Assembly: GCA_021432655.1 (NCBI GenBank) | Contig: MU271229.1 | Coordinates: 17,849-81,848, forward strand | DNA length: 64,000 bases | Source of the DNA: Atractiella rhizophila | Lineage: Eukaryota | Direction of reading: 5' to 3' | Part shown: piece after piece, positions 29,101 through 42,060 of the stretch | How positions within the stretch are numbered: the first letter of the stretch is position 1 | Layout of the letters: the number at the start of each line of letters is the position of its first letter | The notes under the pieces: generated by a model | What the model was told of the DNA's origin: nothing | The model's input: the letters and a program-made list of their open reading frames with translations, nothing else | Databases searched by the model: none | Made by a program: the position numbers and the translations under genes

Positions 29101-30529
29101 TCTCCGATTTGCTCTGCACTTCATATCCACAACAGCTGCCCGCATACCCGCACGCCAGCTATTGACGCACAGAAAGGACATGCAGCAAACAGGATACGAA
29201 AAAACCTCACTGGATGTAGGGAGTCGGCGAAGATTCCATCAATGAAGCCTTGTACTCTCTCCCCGAAACGCAGACCATCTTTCAACCCTCTCGCCTCATC
29301 CACTGTGGGCACGTAATAATCAAACTGGCTCCGAAAAGACTGCCCAAATAAACACAGGTCTCTCGACGATTGTCATTCAGCCCATCCACTGATGCAGCAT
29401 CACGGCGCTTCACCTTCAACCGTAAGCCGAAAGAGGGACCCTGTGAGATAGGTATGACAGCAGGATATCATGCTCTCTCCTCTCCCTCTGAGGGCTTACT
29501 CGCCATTCTAGCGTAGCCCAACTCCCACCGCCTCCACCATTCCCGCATTCATCCAGAAAACGTCATCAGAACAAACAGAAGAGAGACTCACCTAGAACGG
29601 GCACCGTCCGGATCAATCTCAACAGAGCGACCTGAAGCCAAGGATCCAGGACCTTATAATACACATAATCCTCTCTCCCCTCTCCTCTCACCACGAGAGC
29701 ATTAAGCCTCTCGACCGCCTTCTGGAACACAATCTTCAACAATTCACCATCCGTCATTCCGCCCGAAGAACAGAGACCGAGGACGAGATTGGCGGCGCAG
29801 AGACAGACGGAGAGCGAACTGTCATCGAGGATGGACACTATTCGGAGACCCCATTCGGAGACTGGGACGACGGTAGGGTATTTACGGTAGAGACGGAGGA
29901 GTGTTAGGGCAGCTTTCTTCTTCACGAAGTCTTCTGAGGTCGGACTGATGAGGAGAGAATAGACGTCAGGTGTGAGGGACTCGGCTATTTCTTTCCCGCC
30001 AATGTTGGCGATGGCGTGCAGGGCGAGACAGTTGGAGGGAACGGAATGGTCGAGGAGGTCTTTGCGGATGGAATTGACGATGAGGTTGAGAAGGGGAGAG
30101 TTCTCGTGTAGCAAGAGGGTGAGAGCGAGGTACCCGATCTGCTTCTCGGAATACTTGGGAGAGGAGATGAGGTTCACGGCTTCGACGTGGCCGAGATCAA
30201 CCTATGCATCCCAACTTGCTATTAGCTTCACTCTCTTCTGTCCTCCCCTCCCCTTTGGACGAAAGCTGACATCTTCCCGGCCACATGCAGGAAGAGTCGC
30301 TGACGTAGTTTAAGAAAATAAGCAGACTCACGGGGTACCCAAGGATATAAGTGAATAGAATCTTTGCCAGATACTTCTTCTTCTGATACCCATCCAAGTC
30401 CCCCCTCTTGAACTGAGCCCTGATATGTGCCATTTCCTTGTTTATCCTCTTCTCCTCCAACTCCCTGACGCGACAGGCGCGTATGTCTGCTATGTACTGC
30501 GTGAGGCCACGCATATCTGGGGGAGCCAT
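26107..30529 (-). CDS. APL3: AP-2 adaptor complex alpha subunit
   Basis: [73 protein letters not shown], ear domain [32 protein letters not shown]. 3' end approximate. Contains a 1072-nt intron at 28520-29591. Confidence 0.96.
28520..29591 (-). other. Very long, extensively base-paired phase-1 intron in the AP-2 alpha gene (candidate intronic structured RNA)
   Basis: GTGAGTC...ACTGA...GACAG. Removal restores VPVL-E-DPTIR. Contains nested long-range helices and a 17-bp hairpin. Confidence 0.8.
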
Positions 30530-30795
30530 TTTGCTGGATTAGTCGGGAACAGGACGCGTGTAGAAGTGAGGGTCGTGCTTCGCGCTGTTCACAGGGTAGA
30601 ACGGGCGGAACAGTCGGGAGCCGGAATGGGGAGCCGAGTTTCGGGAGGAGCAACCAATCCTAACTTCCAAATTTCCAGAGACAAGACTTGACTCCATGCC
30701 AATTCAATTTATCAGGCAATTTATCAGTGTAATAATTTGTATGTTTTTTCTTTTTCTTAGGTCGATTATCAATCATGGCAGCTTGTACTTGGGAT

Positions 30796-32882
30796 TTAAC
30801 AAGCACTTTCTGTGACTGAACCAATGTTCTCTCCTTTTTTCCTGTTTCTCACGGGATCTGAAGGGAGTGCTGTAGCGATAGTTGCGATGGCATAAGCGGC
30901 CTGCCGATAGACATGATAAGCTATTCATCATTGAATAAATGCAACAACACACCGCAGAAAGGTAGAAAGGGAAAGCAGGGCTGGAATCGAGCGTTGCTCC
31001 GTATATCGAACTCATGATAAGCGGGCTGATGGCCAGGCCTAATGTATCGAGCATCTGCAGCCCTGCAAGAAGGCGATCTGCAACCGCTATCAGCAAACGA
31101 ATCCTCGTGCTCGTGCAGCAAAAAGAACATACCAGGACGTCGCACTAAGCAGGTCATATAAGCCTGGATGGCTGGTCCACTCCCAGTCGATAAACCAGAC
31201 AGACCCAGGCCTGGCATATCATCAATCCTCGCGCGTAGTGATTGAAAAGACAAAAGACAAAGGACGACTTACCCACAACAAGTCCTTGCCAACTCGTCGA
31301 GTTCCCAATCCAAATTAACCCAACCATTCTCAACAAGTATGAGAAGCATCCGAAAGCTCTGTCGAACTCATGTGCTTCAATGGGGCCGTTCGCATCCTTC
31401 GACACCTCTGACGGCAACTGGTCAGGGTTTTCTTCAATGTCGTCCAAGAGTGGCGTCGACTCCGTTGCTTCTCCGGACAACAGGCTCAGAGCAGAATCAG
31501 TTTGGGTTGCAGGGGAAACGTCTGCTCGACGTCGTGCCAAACCTTTGATGAAAGGAAAAATAGCGACCAGATTCAGCGCCTTGATCCCACTTAATGCTTT
31601 CGCTAAAAAGTAGAATATGTGAGAATGGAGCATACATTGACAGTGAGCCAGAAGGTGATAACGAAACCCAACCTCGAAGCACTCAGTTGGAGTCTTCCCT
31701 ACTCGTCGCCCAGAATGTTAATCACCGTGCAATGACGAGAAGGGAAACAAATTGACGTACAGTGGCATAAAAGGATACCAAATAGATGAAAAAGCCGTCG
31801 GTCAAATTCAAGACAGCATAACCTACAGTTGCTCCAACAATACGCCAATCTGAACCTCCGTCCTCAAGTTTCTGCGGAAGGAAAGAGCTGAGGTTCTTCC
31901 TTGCGTCTGACTCCTTCAGCCTCATCCACAAAGTCTTATTCGTCTTTGATTCTGCTGCTGTTCCGGCTGCGCCATTACCCGACAGGGGAGAGGACGTTGA
32001 AGGGTTAACTTTGCGTTTCTTTCGTTCTTCGGATGTGAGGGATTCTGGCATAATGAAGACGGTGTATAAAGCGAGAGTTGCCCATGCTACTGTGGCGACG
32101 ATGAAAGGTGACGTGAGGTTGCCAGTTTTGTCATATATCCACCCGCCCAGAGAGGTCGCGACAGCAATAAGGACGAAATTGAAACCTTTTTCGAAACTGA
32201 AGTATGTCGCTCTCGCATCCTTGTCGACCGTGTCAACGATGTAGTTTTGAACAGCCTAATACCTTCTATTATCAAAAGAAAGAAGTCCGAGTAGAAGCTA
32301 CTGGCCAACGTAAAGAGAAATATTCCAAACATACCATCGAAAGCGACCATCAAAATCATTATAGGGACGAGGATTGGAGACATAGTTATGACTGTGGTTA
32401 TTGTCAGTCTCAGTGATTATGGACGCGATTGAGACTTGCGAGCAACGCATGTCAAAACTGAGGAACATGTCATCACAGAAGCCACTACGGCCATGATCAT
32501 CTTTCGTCCTATTCAGGCTCTGCATTCAGCTCCAAATGGTACCAATGTGAGGACTGACCCCAGTCATGAAGCAGGTGGCTCATAAAGGACACGGATAAGA
32601 AGCCTGTACTGAACCATCAGTTTAGCTTGAGAAATGGATGAGGACCTCACTGAACAGACAAAAAAGCGACATGAAAGCAGCAGCCACGGTGCTACTGAGC
32701 CTCTCCACGTCAGAGTTGTCTTCACAAGATCCATCCGGATGTTGATAGTGGTAAAATCGACAAGCCCATCTTCGGTTCAGCGCTGGGAGTACGCTCAAGG
32801 GGAGTGTGTTGGCGAAGTGAAAGGTGACGGATGCTAACAAAGCGTGCCATGGCGTCGGAGTCTGGAAAACAGAGAACATCAT
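30796..32882 (-). CDS. MFS transporter, paralog 1
   Basis: MFSVFQTPTPWHALLA..., hydrophobic exons, YIVDTV motif, MPESLT loop, DRLLAGLQMLD. Clearly similar to 39848-41918. Confidence 0.8.
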
Positions 32883-35098
32883 CTAGGTACGTACTGTCAG
32901 CTAAGCATTGAATCGGGCGAAGGATAATGTAGATTCTGTTGGCATTTCGACAAAACCACTATGCAAGCTGATGCATGGTGCTTCTTCTCTCTACCTTCGG
33001 TGTGAATGCGGACTACAAGCGGTCTAAATTCACATGAGAAGATACCTTTTGAAACACTCGAAGCAATATTGGCAAAAGATGAGCCACACAGGCAAGTCTT
33101 TTCGGACAACAGGGTAGTGTTTATCGAGTGCACAAAGCAGAAAGGGCTTATCCTTTCTTCAACCTTAGCAAAAAAGAAGGTACTACATGTCTCTCCTCAA
33201 CAATATGATCCAAAATCCATATCCTCCCAAGGGATATAAGAAACTTACCGTGTCGCCTCAACTGGTGGCCTCTGCAGAGTTTGAGCTCAATTGGTGTCTG
33301 CACTGAGTGCCTTCACCTTTCTTCGTCCTTTCTGTGCAACCAAGTGCTTGGCCACATTGACACTGATCGGCAATTCGCCAGATGATGATCTATCGGAGCG
33401 CCACAAAGGGTGTCAAGTGTTAGCGTTGGATGGTTGCTTCTGACTTCGCGCGAATTCGACAATATTCGACTTCAAGAGCGAATATAACGAAGGATGTACT
33501 GTACCACTACTATACTTATCTTGGGAATTATGAAGGTGTGTCTGCCTCGTCGTATGCACTAAATTATCCATCTGAAATAAGGGACAATCGCTGATGAATT
33601 ATGAAAATTGCGAAGTTGCACACTCCTAAACCCACTCGAAGCAAAGCTAGTCATCGTACCCCGCCTTCTTCCTCAGAACCTTCCTCATCTCCTCCATCAC
33701 CTTTCCCGCCTTATTGAGTCCAGTTCCATCCTCCCCACTCCCAATCCAAGAATCCTTACACTGTACCACCAGTTCCTTCGTCCCTGTGTCAAGCAGCAGC
33801 TGTTGAAGATATATATCACCAAGGAGCTTCGCCTCGCTTGTGTACTTCAGATGCTTTTCCGCATACACTTCCCACCCAGTATACAACGTCAGAGTTGTCT
33901 TCACAAGATCCATCCGGATGTTGATAGTGGTAAAATCGACAAGCCCATCTTCGGTTCAGCGCTGGGAGTACGCTCAAGGGGAGTGTGTTGGCGAAGTGAA
34001 AGGTGACGGATGCTAACAAAGCGTGCCATGGCGTCGGAGTCTGGAAAACAGAGAACATCATCTAGGTACGTACTGTCAGCTAAGCATTGAATCGGGCGAA
34101 GGATAATGTAGATTCTGTTGGCATTTCGACAAAACCACTATGCAAGCTGATGCATGGTGCTTCTTCTCTCTACCTTCGGTGTGAATGCGGACTACAAGCG
34201 GTCTAAATTCACATGAGAAGATACCTTTTGAAACACTCGAAGCAATATTGGCAAAAGATGAGCCACACAGGCAAGTCTTTTCGGACAACAGGGTAGTGTT
34301 TATCGAGTGCACAAAGCAGAAAGGGCTTATCCTTTCTTCAACCTTAGCAAAAAAGAAGGTACTACATGTCTCTCCTCAACAATATGATCCAAAATCCATA
34401 TCCTCCCAAGGGATATAAGAAACTTACCGTGTCGCCTCAACTGGTGGCCTCTGCAGAGTTTGAGCTCAATTGGTGTCTGCACTGAGTGCCTTCACCTTTC
34501 TTCGTCCTTTTCTGTGCAACCAAGTGCTTGCAATTGGCCACATCGACACTGATCGGCAATTCGCCAGATGATGATCTATCGGAGCGCCACAAAGGGTGTC
34601 AAGCGTTAGCCCTAGCGTTGGATGGTTGCTTCTCGATTCTCGATCAATCACTCCGACTTCGCGCGAATTCGACAATATTCGACTTCAAGAGCGAATGTAA
34701 CGAAGGATGTACTGTACCACTACTAGACTTATCTTATGAATTATGAAGGTGTGTCTGCCTCGTCGTATGCACTAAATTATCCATCTGAAATAAGGGACAA
34801 TCGCTGATGAATCATGAAAATTGCGAAGTTGCACACTCCTAAACCCACTCGAAACAATAGCTAGTCATCGTACCCCGCCTTCTTCCTCAGAACCTTCCTC
34901 ATCTCCTCCATCACCTTTCCAGCTTTATTGAGTCCAGTTCCGTCCTCCCCACTCCCAATCCAAGAATCTTTACACTGTACCACCAGTTCCTTCGTCCCTG
35001 TGTCAAGCAGCAGCTGTTGAAGATATATATCACCAAGGAGCTTCGCCTCGCTCGTGTACTTCAGATGCTTTTCCGCATACACTTCCCACCCAGTATAC
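32707..35098. repeat. Tandem duplication 1 (32707-33884 / 33886-35098)
   Basis: The first ~620 bp appear identical, followed by SNPs and indels. The junction fuses the MFS 5' exon to the NADAR 3' end. Confidence 0.95.
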
Positions 35099-37536
35099 CC
35101 CACAAGATCCGCCGCCCCATCCGCCAAGTAGGTCGCCTGATCCATGTCTTCGCACAGTCGGATCTTCTCGATGATTGGCTCGTCCGGAGGGAAGCGGGAG
35201 ACGAGCCATTGTTGGTGTGAAGTGAGCCAATGCGCCCCACGCCATGTGTACCCTCGTTGAGTAGATTTGGGATCGCCAATCGGGATGTAAGGATGAAGCT
35301 CGGACCATTCGGAATTGGGATCGAGAGTGATGATCAAACGCGAGGGGGAAGGTGTGAGAAGAGATGGGCCATTAGACCCCGAAGAATGTCGTCCCAAAGA
35401 GGTAGACGAGAGGGAGTGATGGAGCGAGGGAGAAAGTTTGACTGGAGAGTCGATAGAGTTGTCAATAATGTGCATTTCTGACAATGATTGAGAAAGTGGG
35501 AAACACACTGTTTGACGTTGGAGCAGGCTGCTTAAGTATTGCTGCATTCCATGTTCCCATGTCAGCTTATGAACTAAACGGAAGGAAAAAGGGAAGGAAA
35601 CAAGGCATCCGGACAAAGACAGTGCATAAGGCGCAGGGGACAAGGAATTAAGGCTTAAGGAACTCACACTTGATTGGGGTAGTTCTTTGATGCTCGGAGA
35701 TTGTAGCGTGTGATGAAGAAGCGATAGGGCTGCTCGTCAAAGGCCTGGCTGTTGTCACAATTTAGTGTCAGCATAACGGTTTGAATGAATGACGGCGGAA
35801 TCGGGGAGAACTCACAGATTGACGAACTCCCCACAGTTGGTCTCTTGTTGGGAAGTGGTCGAGAAGCTTTGGTTGATGCGGTCTGGATGTCGAGATCTTC
35901 TGAATCCTCTGCGCATCCAGTGAGTATTTATACGGTAAAGAGAAATAAACTAACCTGGAGAGCTGTCTTTAGGGTCCTTTCGAGAAACTGGAGGCTTGAG
36001 GGTAGTTGGCACTAGAGTTGTATCAACAACAGCATATTGGAAAAGAGGTATAATTATACCTTGTTTCCTACCGCTATCTGGTCTCCTGACATCCTTGGGC
36101 GAAGAAGTAACACTGATGGGAGAATGATATCCGTTCAACGCCTCTTGTCTAGCTTGCTCCAGATCTTCCGCGCTGACTGAGAAATTTCCTTCCTTCTCCC
36201 TTCTCTTTTTCATCTCCTCTTCATCTTCAGAAGACGAAGTGTCCCTCTCAAAATTAGGTTCTGAATCTTCTTTGCCTTTTTTGTACGAGAAGGAAGGAGG
36301 AGTTTTTCGATTACCGTTGGAGAAGGTGCGCGAGAAGCGAGATGGAGGTACTCGGCCACCCAATACGGTAGACGATGTCGGGTAGTAAGGAGTGATAGGG
36401 GCGGCGCGAGCCATGTTTTCGGAAATAGAAGACATTGAAGCAAGCCCACGATGTGTGTTGTGCATGTACCCATTTCGCGGCGGTCGGGGAGGATCTCGAA
36501 TAATATCTTCTTCCTCGTCAACATCCGCATAGTCCGTATCATCAGCCTTTGAATCATATGCTGGAGCTGGAGTCTGACTGCTCCCGAAGTTGTACGAAGT
36601 TTGGGCGGATGGCATACCCGCATAATAGTTGGGGTAGGGTCGCGTGGGAGGATCACCGAAAGGGGGTGGGTCGTGTTCGTTTTCTGCATCTTCCACCCCG
36701 CCACGGCTCTGATCATCCTGTCTTGACGAATTAGGTCGAAAGGCTCTGTGATACGGTTTAGACCGGACATCAGACTGCGATGGCAGTGGGATGTGCGAAG
36801 TCCTAGGAGGGCTCTGTCGACGATCTGAAGTGCCAGGTTTGCGCTTTGGAGGATCAGACAACAGCGGTTCTTCATTTTCATCTTCCCCAGACAACTCAGT
36901 GCTGCTTCTCTGCCCACCGTTGTAGGGATAAGGTGATTGACGAGGTGTTTGATGGTAAGCCTTCTTTTGCGAACTTGGTTCGGGTGCCTTTTGCGCAAGG
37001 AATGCCGCATACGGTGCTGAGGGATCTCTTGTACGGGCTGTCGACCACTCAGGCTGACCAGAAGAGTTCCAAGGAGTGTACGATTGATTATCATCGTCCT
37101 CATCCTCTACTTCTGTGGCCTTCATCGTCGGCTCGCTGCCTCGTCGTGATGGTATAAACGTCGAGTTTGGGAGAGTTCTGGGCTGCGTTTGCGGAGCGAC
37201 GGATGCGGGTTGGGATGGACGATGCGAAACGGCTGGATTGCCAGCGGAGTTGAGGTATTGACTCCACTCGTTCATGCCAAAGAGGTCCGACGAAGGCGTC
37301 ATGCCTCTCGACGAGGTGTTTGGCCGCCAGGTCTTGGCTCTGGGTTCGGCAGAGATGATTTTGCCAAAAATTTTGATGAAGCCCGGCGCTGTTGAAGGAG
37401 TGAGCATGGTGATACAGTAGGGAGAGGTGGAATGCAGACCTTTGGCTGTCTGTGGTTCTGGCGGGAACTCCATGTCTAGTGGCAGGTCGTTCTCCAGCAG
37501 AAATATCCCCTTCGAAGTTTTCTGCTTTAGAGACAT
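34861..37536 (-). CDS. Protein with a long low-complexity N-terminus and a C-terminal degenerate NADAR (YbiA-like) domain
   Basis: YTWRGAHWLTS...WEVYAEKHL...LLLDTGTKELV...DSWIGSGEDGTGLNKAGKVMEEMR follows the NADAR pattern. The start codon and the splices linking the two parts are uncertain. Confidence 0.65.
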
Positions 37537-39847
37537 GGCGGTCGCTACAGCTGGGGCTTAAGTATACCATTTGGGACGTGCCAAACACAGTGACGATTGC
37601 GGAAAGCTGCCCTCCAGCTGAAATGATAGAGTTCGGAGATCGCGGTCAGGCAGAACAAAGGGGTGTGCGAGTTTCCCTCTTTTTGGGCCTTCCGCAAATC
37701 ATGCATGAAGCCGTCTCTGGCCAGGTTTTCACCACGATACATTTAATTAATAAGGGAAGAGGGCATAGACCAAAGGTGAAAGGACGACTAGCCTGAGTAG
37801 AACATCCCCTCCTCCATAAACCAAAGTGTGGGGATGTCAGGCAGGGATGGAAAGTAGCTCATGCACGCTTTTCGCTGTCGTGAAGAACGACATAAAGTCG
37901 ACCTGTGGTCAATGGTGCAGCAAGATGTGAAGCCCAACTCAGGTGAGCAAATATTTGCCTCACTCACGCAGAATTAGAGCTTAAGAATCAATACACACCT
38001 CACGAAGGCTCCTTTCGCATCGGAAAAGGAGTTTTCGGTCGCTCACACTCGCTCAGATATTGCCTCTCTTGGATGGAGAAGAAGCACAAATGACATCTGT
38101 GTAAAGAGCATTTCTGAACTGACAATTTCATGCGGTTTGAAAAGTAATTTCTTGTCAGCAAGATAGTTACTCAAAATGAGAACTGAAGCAGTTTAGTAGC
38201 TTGTAGCTTGTGAGAAGATGCAATCTCAATGGAAATGTACCGTTTTGATATCGATGAAAAAGTTATCATTCTCAAATTTCTCCAATCCACCTCGTCAATA
38301 GTGACCCTGTAACCTCCGAGAGCACAGTGCAGAGCAGGGACTGAAACGAGACTGTCTGTGAGGTGAATGACAAACGAGGAATGGAATCCATCCATACAAC
38401 TGCGAGCACGGGGGAGTGATGTGACATTGCTATTAAGCAGAACATCAATAAAAAGTGACCCTTTAAAGATGAAAAAAAAAGACAGAGGCACTACTTTCGT
38501 AGTATCTCATAGTTGAGGAAACGTGGGAGATTCTTCCTCCTCTTACCCGGAATCCACGACTATCCCACTCAATCCAGAAAAAAGACTCAAGGACCACAAG
38601 TACCTCTATTCCAACTCAGCTTCCCATGACAGTGCTACATCTCGCCGCTATAGCGCTAAATTTATCCCGACTGTGCTTTTGTCCATCCCAGTCTTCCGCC
38701 GGCAGTCACTCCCTTTATATTTGATAGTCCCTTTGAGGTGCCGATTTGTGGCTGGTGGTTGATAGCCGCTGCTTCGCGGTTGTCCACGGCTGTTCGCACA
38801 ATCTGCAATCCTGCGGGAACGACGAACGATCGCTTCGGGCTCACTGGAAGGGAGTCATGTCTCTGAGTGGTTGAGGCTATTGTGGCTTATAAGCTGTTGC
38901 TTGAGCTGTTGAACTTGGATTGTACAAGACTGTGAGGAAGAAGGAAAGAGCTGATCTCGAAGGAAGTGATTGGAAATTATTGACGATTGAAGGTGAGTTG
39001 TCTGTTCGGATGGAAGGGCTGTATTGTCGTTTATGCGCGTTTGGAAGAACGAGCGACTAATTATTATATATGAAGGCGGGAAGCCTGTCCCTGCCCCACC
39101 GAAGTTACCTTGGGAGGTCGAGCGAAGGGGCGAGCCCCCACTTCACGACGTTGATCGCCTCACCTCTTGTTGACTTGATAGCGTTAACTTTGACTTTGAA
39201 AGACAACGGAGGATGAACAAGGAAGGCCTCGTTGTCCTTCTTGCCATCCCGGGCTGCAAAGCTCCAAGACAATGGGATGTTTAGGTCAATGGATGCCCTC
39301 ACTCTTCGGTCCAAATGTATGAATGGAGTTGATGATATTTCTACACTGCATCAGCCACATGTTGATCATTCAGACGAGGCAGCAACTTAATGCTTATCAT
39401 CTGATCCCGATGAAGACAGATTGCAGCGACTCTATGGTCGAAGTACTTCGGCCAAAGCCCCATGTAATAAACTTTGTTGTTTCCCTTCTTCAAGCAGCAG
39501 TCGTCTGGAATGTTATGGGATCTGATCACTGTTTGTGTCCTCCTCTAAAATCTCGTATCAGATGGAACGGTGGGCTTTGATCTATATTATTCGACTCGTT
39601 ATAAGGATAAGAACGAGCTACCTTTCGTGATTACTCAACCGCACCACACTTTGAGAGGAAAGGAAGACGATTGTAGCTCTTTCAGGGGTGTTGGATGCCT
39701 CAAATTCATAACCCAGATGTCTTCGTCCTATGTATTCCCTCGTCAAAGGGAATAGAGAACACCTATTTCATATCAAATTGTTTATTTACTATACCACCTT
39801 TAGCCTCCTTAACTTTTCGATCACCGAGCCCACCCAAGCTGATAGCA

Positions 39848-41918
39848 ATGCGGTCCTTCTTTCAAACTCCAACTCCATGGCACGCCGTTCTCGCCACCGT
39901 CATTTTTCAGTTCTCCAATACCATCACACTGAGCATCCTCCCCGCCCTCTATCGAAAGTGGGGTTGCACGTTTTATCTCGCCAGCCATCCAGACGACACT
40001 TGCGAGGATAATTTGGAGGTCGAAAAGCTGTCCAGCTCATTCATCGCTGCCTTGACGACCCTAGCTTGTGTTACGGGTGAGTTCTATACTCTGAGTTATA
40101 CGTCGCTAATGGGGTGAAAGGATTTCTTTCTGTGTCTCTGCTATCGCACCTGGTTCATGATGGTACGCCTCAGTTAGCCTGCTCGTCAAACTAGACCTGA
40201 GCAGACTCAAGGAAGGAAAAAACTAATCACAATCAGTGGCCTTATGCTGATGTGCTCGAGCGCATTGATTGCGACTTCGTGTAGGCTTGCCGCTTGAATT
40301 ACCCCCTGATAATTTACCAATGCGATTGGCCACCGTAGTTAGCACGAATTCGACGTTAGGGTTTCTCCTTATCGTGTTAGGTAACGTACTCGACGGGATG
40401 TTCGGAGCCTTCCTCTTCAACTTGGTGCGGGCTTCTCTCTCATCATTTGTTGTACTCATGCCATTTCAAGGCCATTCAAAACTACATTGTCGATACCGTT
40501 CCAACAGAGGCTCGAGCAACATATTTCGCCATTGTGAAAGGATCAAGTTTCGTCATGATCGCAATTGCAAGTTCCTTGGGTGGATGGATCTACGATTCGA
40601 CCGGGAAGCTCGTCATGCCTTTCGTCGTCAGCACAATAACATGGGCAACACTCGCTATTTATGCCCTCGCCCTCATGCCTGAATCTCTCACAGCTGAACG
40701 AAGGGCTCAAATAAAGGCACTCTCTCCTTCCCGATCGGATGCACGAGATTCCGATTCGAGGAGTCACCGAACAGGCATCAGCGAATTGAGCAGGAAGGCA
40801 GTCGCCAAGTTGAGAGCCTTGGATGCGCTCGAGAACCTCAAGTCTTTCCTTCCCCAGACGCAGGAAGACGGTACAAAGGATTGGCGGATCTTTGGCGCTG
40901 CCTTCGGCTACGGATGCACCCACTTGGTGACAGGTTTCTCCACCCAAATTATCTCCCTTTATGCCACAGTCTGTTCCATTTTCTGACTAATCCGTGCTAT
41001 TGTTGACGGGGATGACGAAGGGCACCCTGGGATTGAGTGCTTCGGAACTAGGCTATGTCTTGAGCTTTTTGCTGATCATAATGGTTAGTCAACCTTACGC
41101 TGGTCGTATGTACTCATCGAGGACTAGTCTATTTACCTTCTCCTCATCTTCCCTCTCATCAACACCTTCGTCAAACTCGCCTCTGTCCCTTCCCGTCGAT
41201 TGAGGCGTCGGTCATCGAAACAGCCTCCTCCCGTCCATTCACCCGTGGCGAGGCCCCCAACAGAAACAACTCCTCTGTTGTCCATAGCTGAAGAAAGCAG
41301 CAGTCATCCGTCGACTCCGCTTGAGGAAGCTCATCAACTTCCCCCAGCGGATGTGAACAAGAAGCCCTTGGAAGCGAATGAGTTCGATCGTGGGATAGGA
41401 TGGTTGTCGTACTTGTTGCACATGGCTGGACTGATTTCAGTTGGCAATTCGAAAGGCTGGGAAGGGCTCGTCGCTAGTGGGCAATTTGTTAAACTTCCTG
41501 TCCGCTAGGTTAATTATCTTTATCTTTCCAGGTTTCGCTCTGATTGCGCTTTCGGGCGGCGCTCAACCCGCCATTCATGCCTATATGACGTGCTTGGTCG
41601 AGTTTCCGGGTGCGTTCCACATTTTGGGTTGGGAATTTATCACTGAGGAGCGACCAGATCGTCTCCTCGCTGGTTTGCAAATGCTGGATGCGATAGGTCT
41701 AGGCATCAGCCCTGTGATCCTGACCACCATATACCAGCAAACGCTCGATACCAGCCCCGAATTTGTCTTTTACTTCTCAGCTGTGAGTGGCCTTCGGTTC
41801 GCGCGAAACAAGCTGAGGTAGTCGGCTGCAGGGTATCTACTTGTTCGCTGCCATTGTGACCGCCGCACCTCCCAACACGGTTAAACAGAAGAGGAAGCAA
41901 GAACGACGCCACAAGTAG
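39848..41918 (+). CDS. MFS transporter, paralog 2
   Basis: MRSFFQTPTPWHAVLA..., LDGMFGAFLF, NYIVDTVP, MPESLT, SFLPQ..DWRI, DRLLAGLQMLD. Confidence 0.82.
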
Positions 41919-42060
41919 GCACTCAGGAATTCCAGTTGCTCCAACATACCCTATTCATGTAAATATTATGATTGCAAATATGGAATGCAGATTGACTATG
42001 ATACAATTGCACAAATAAACAAAACTAATAGCATAGCAGATGCAGATGATCTTGCCATAA

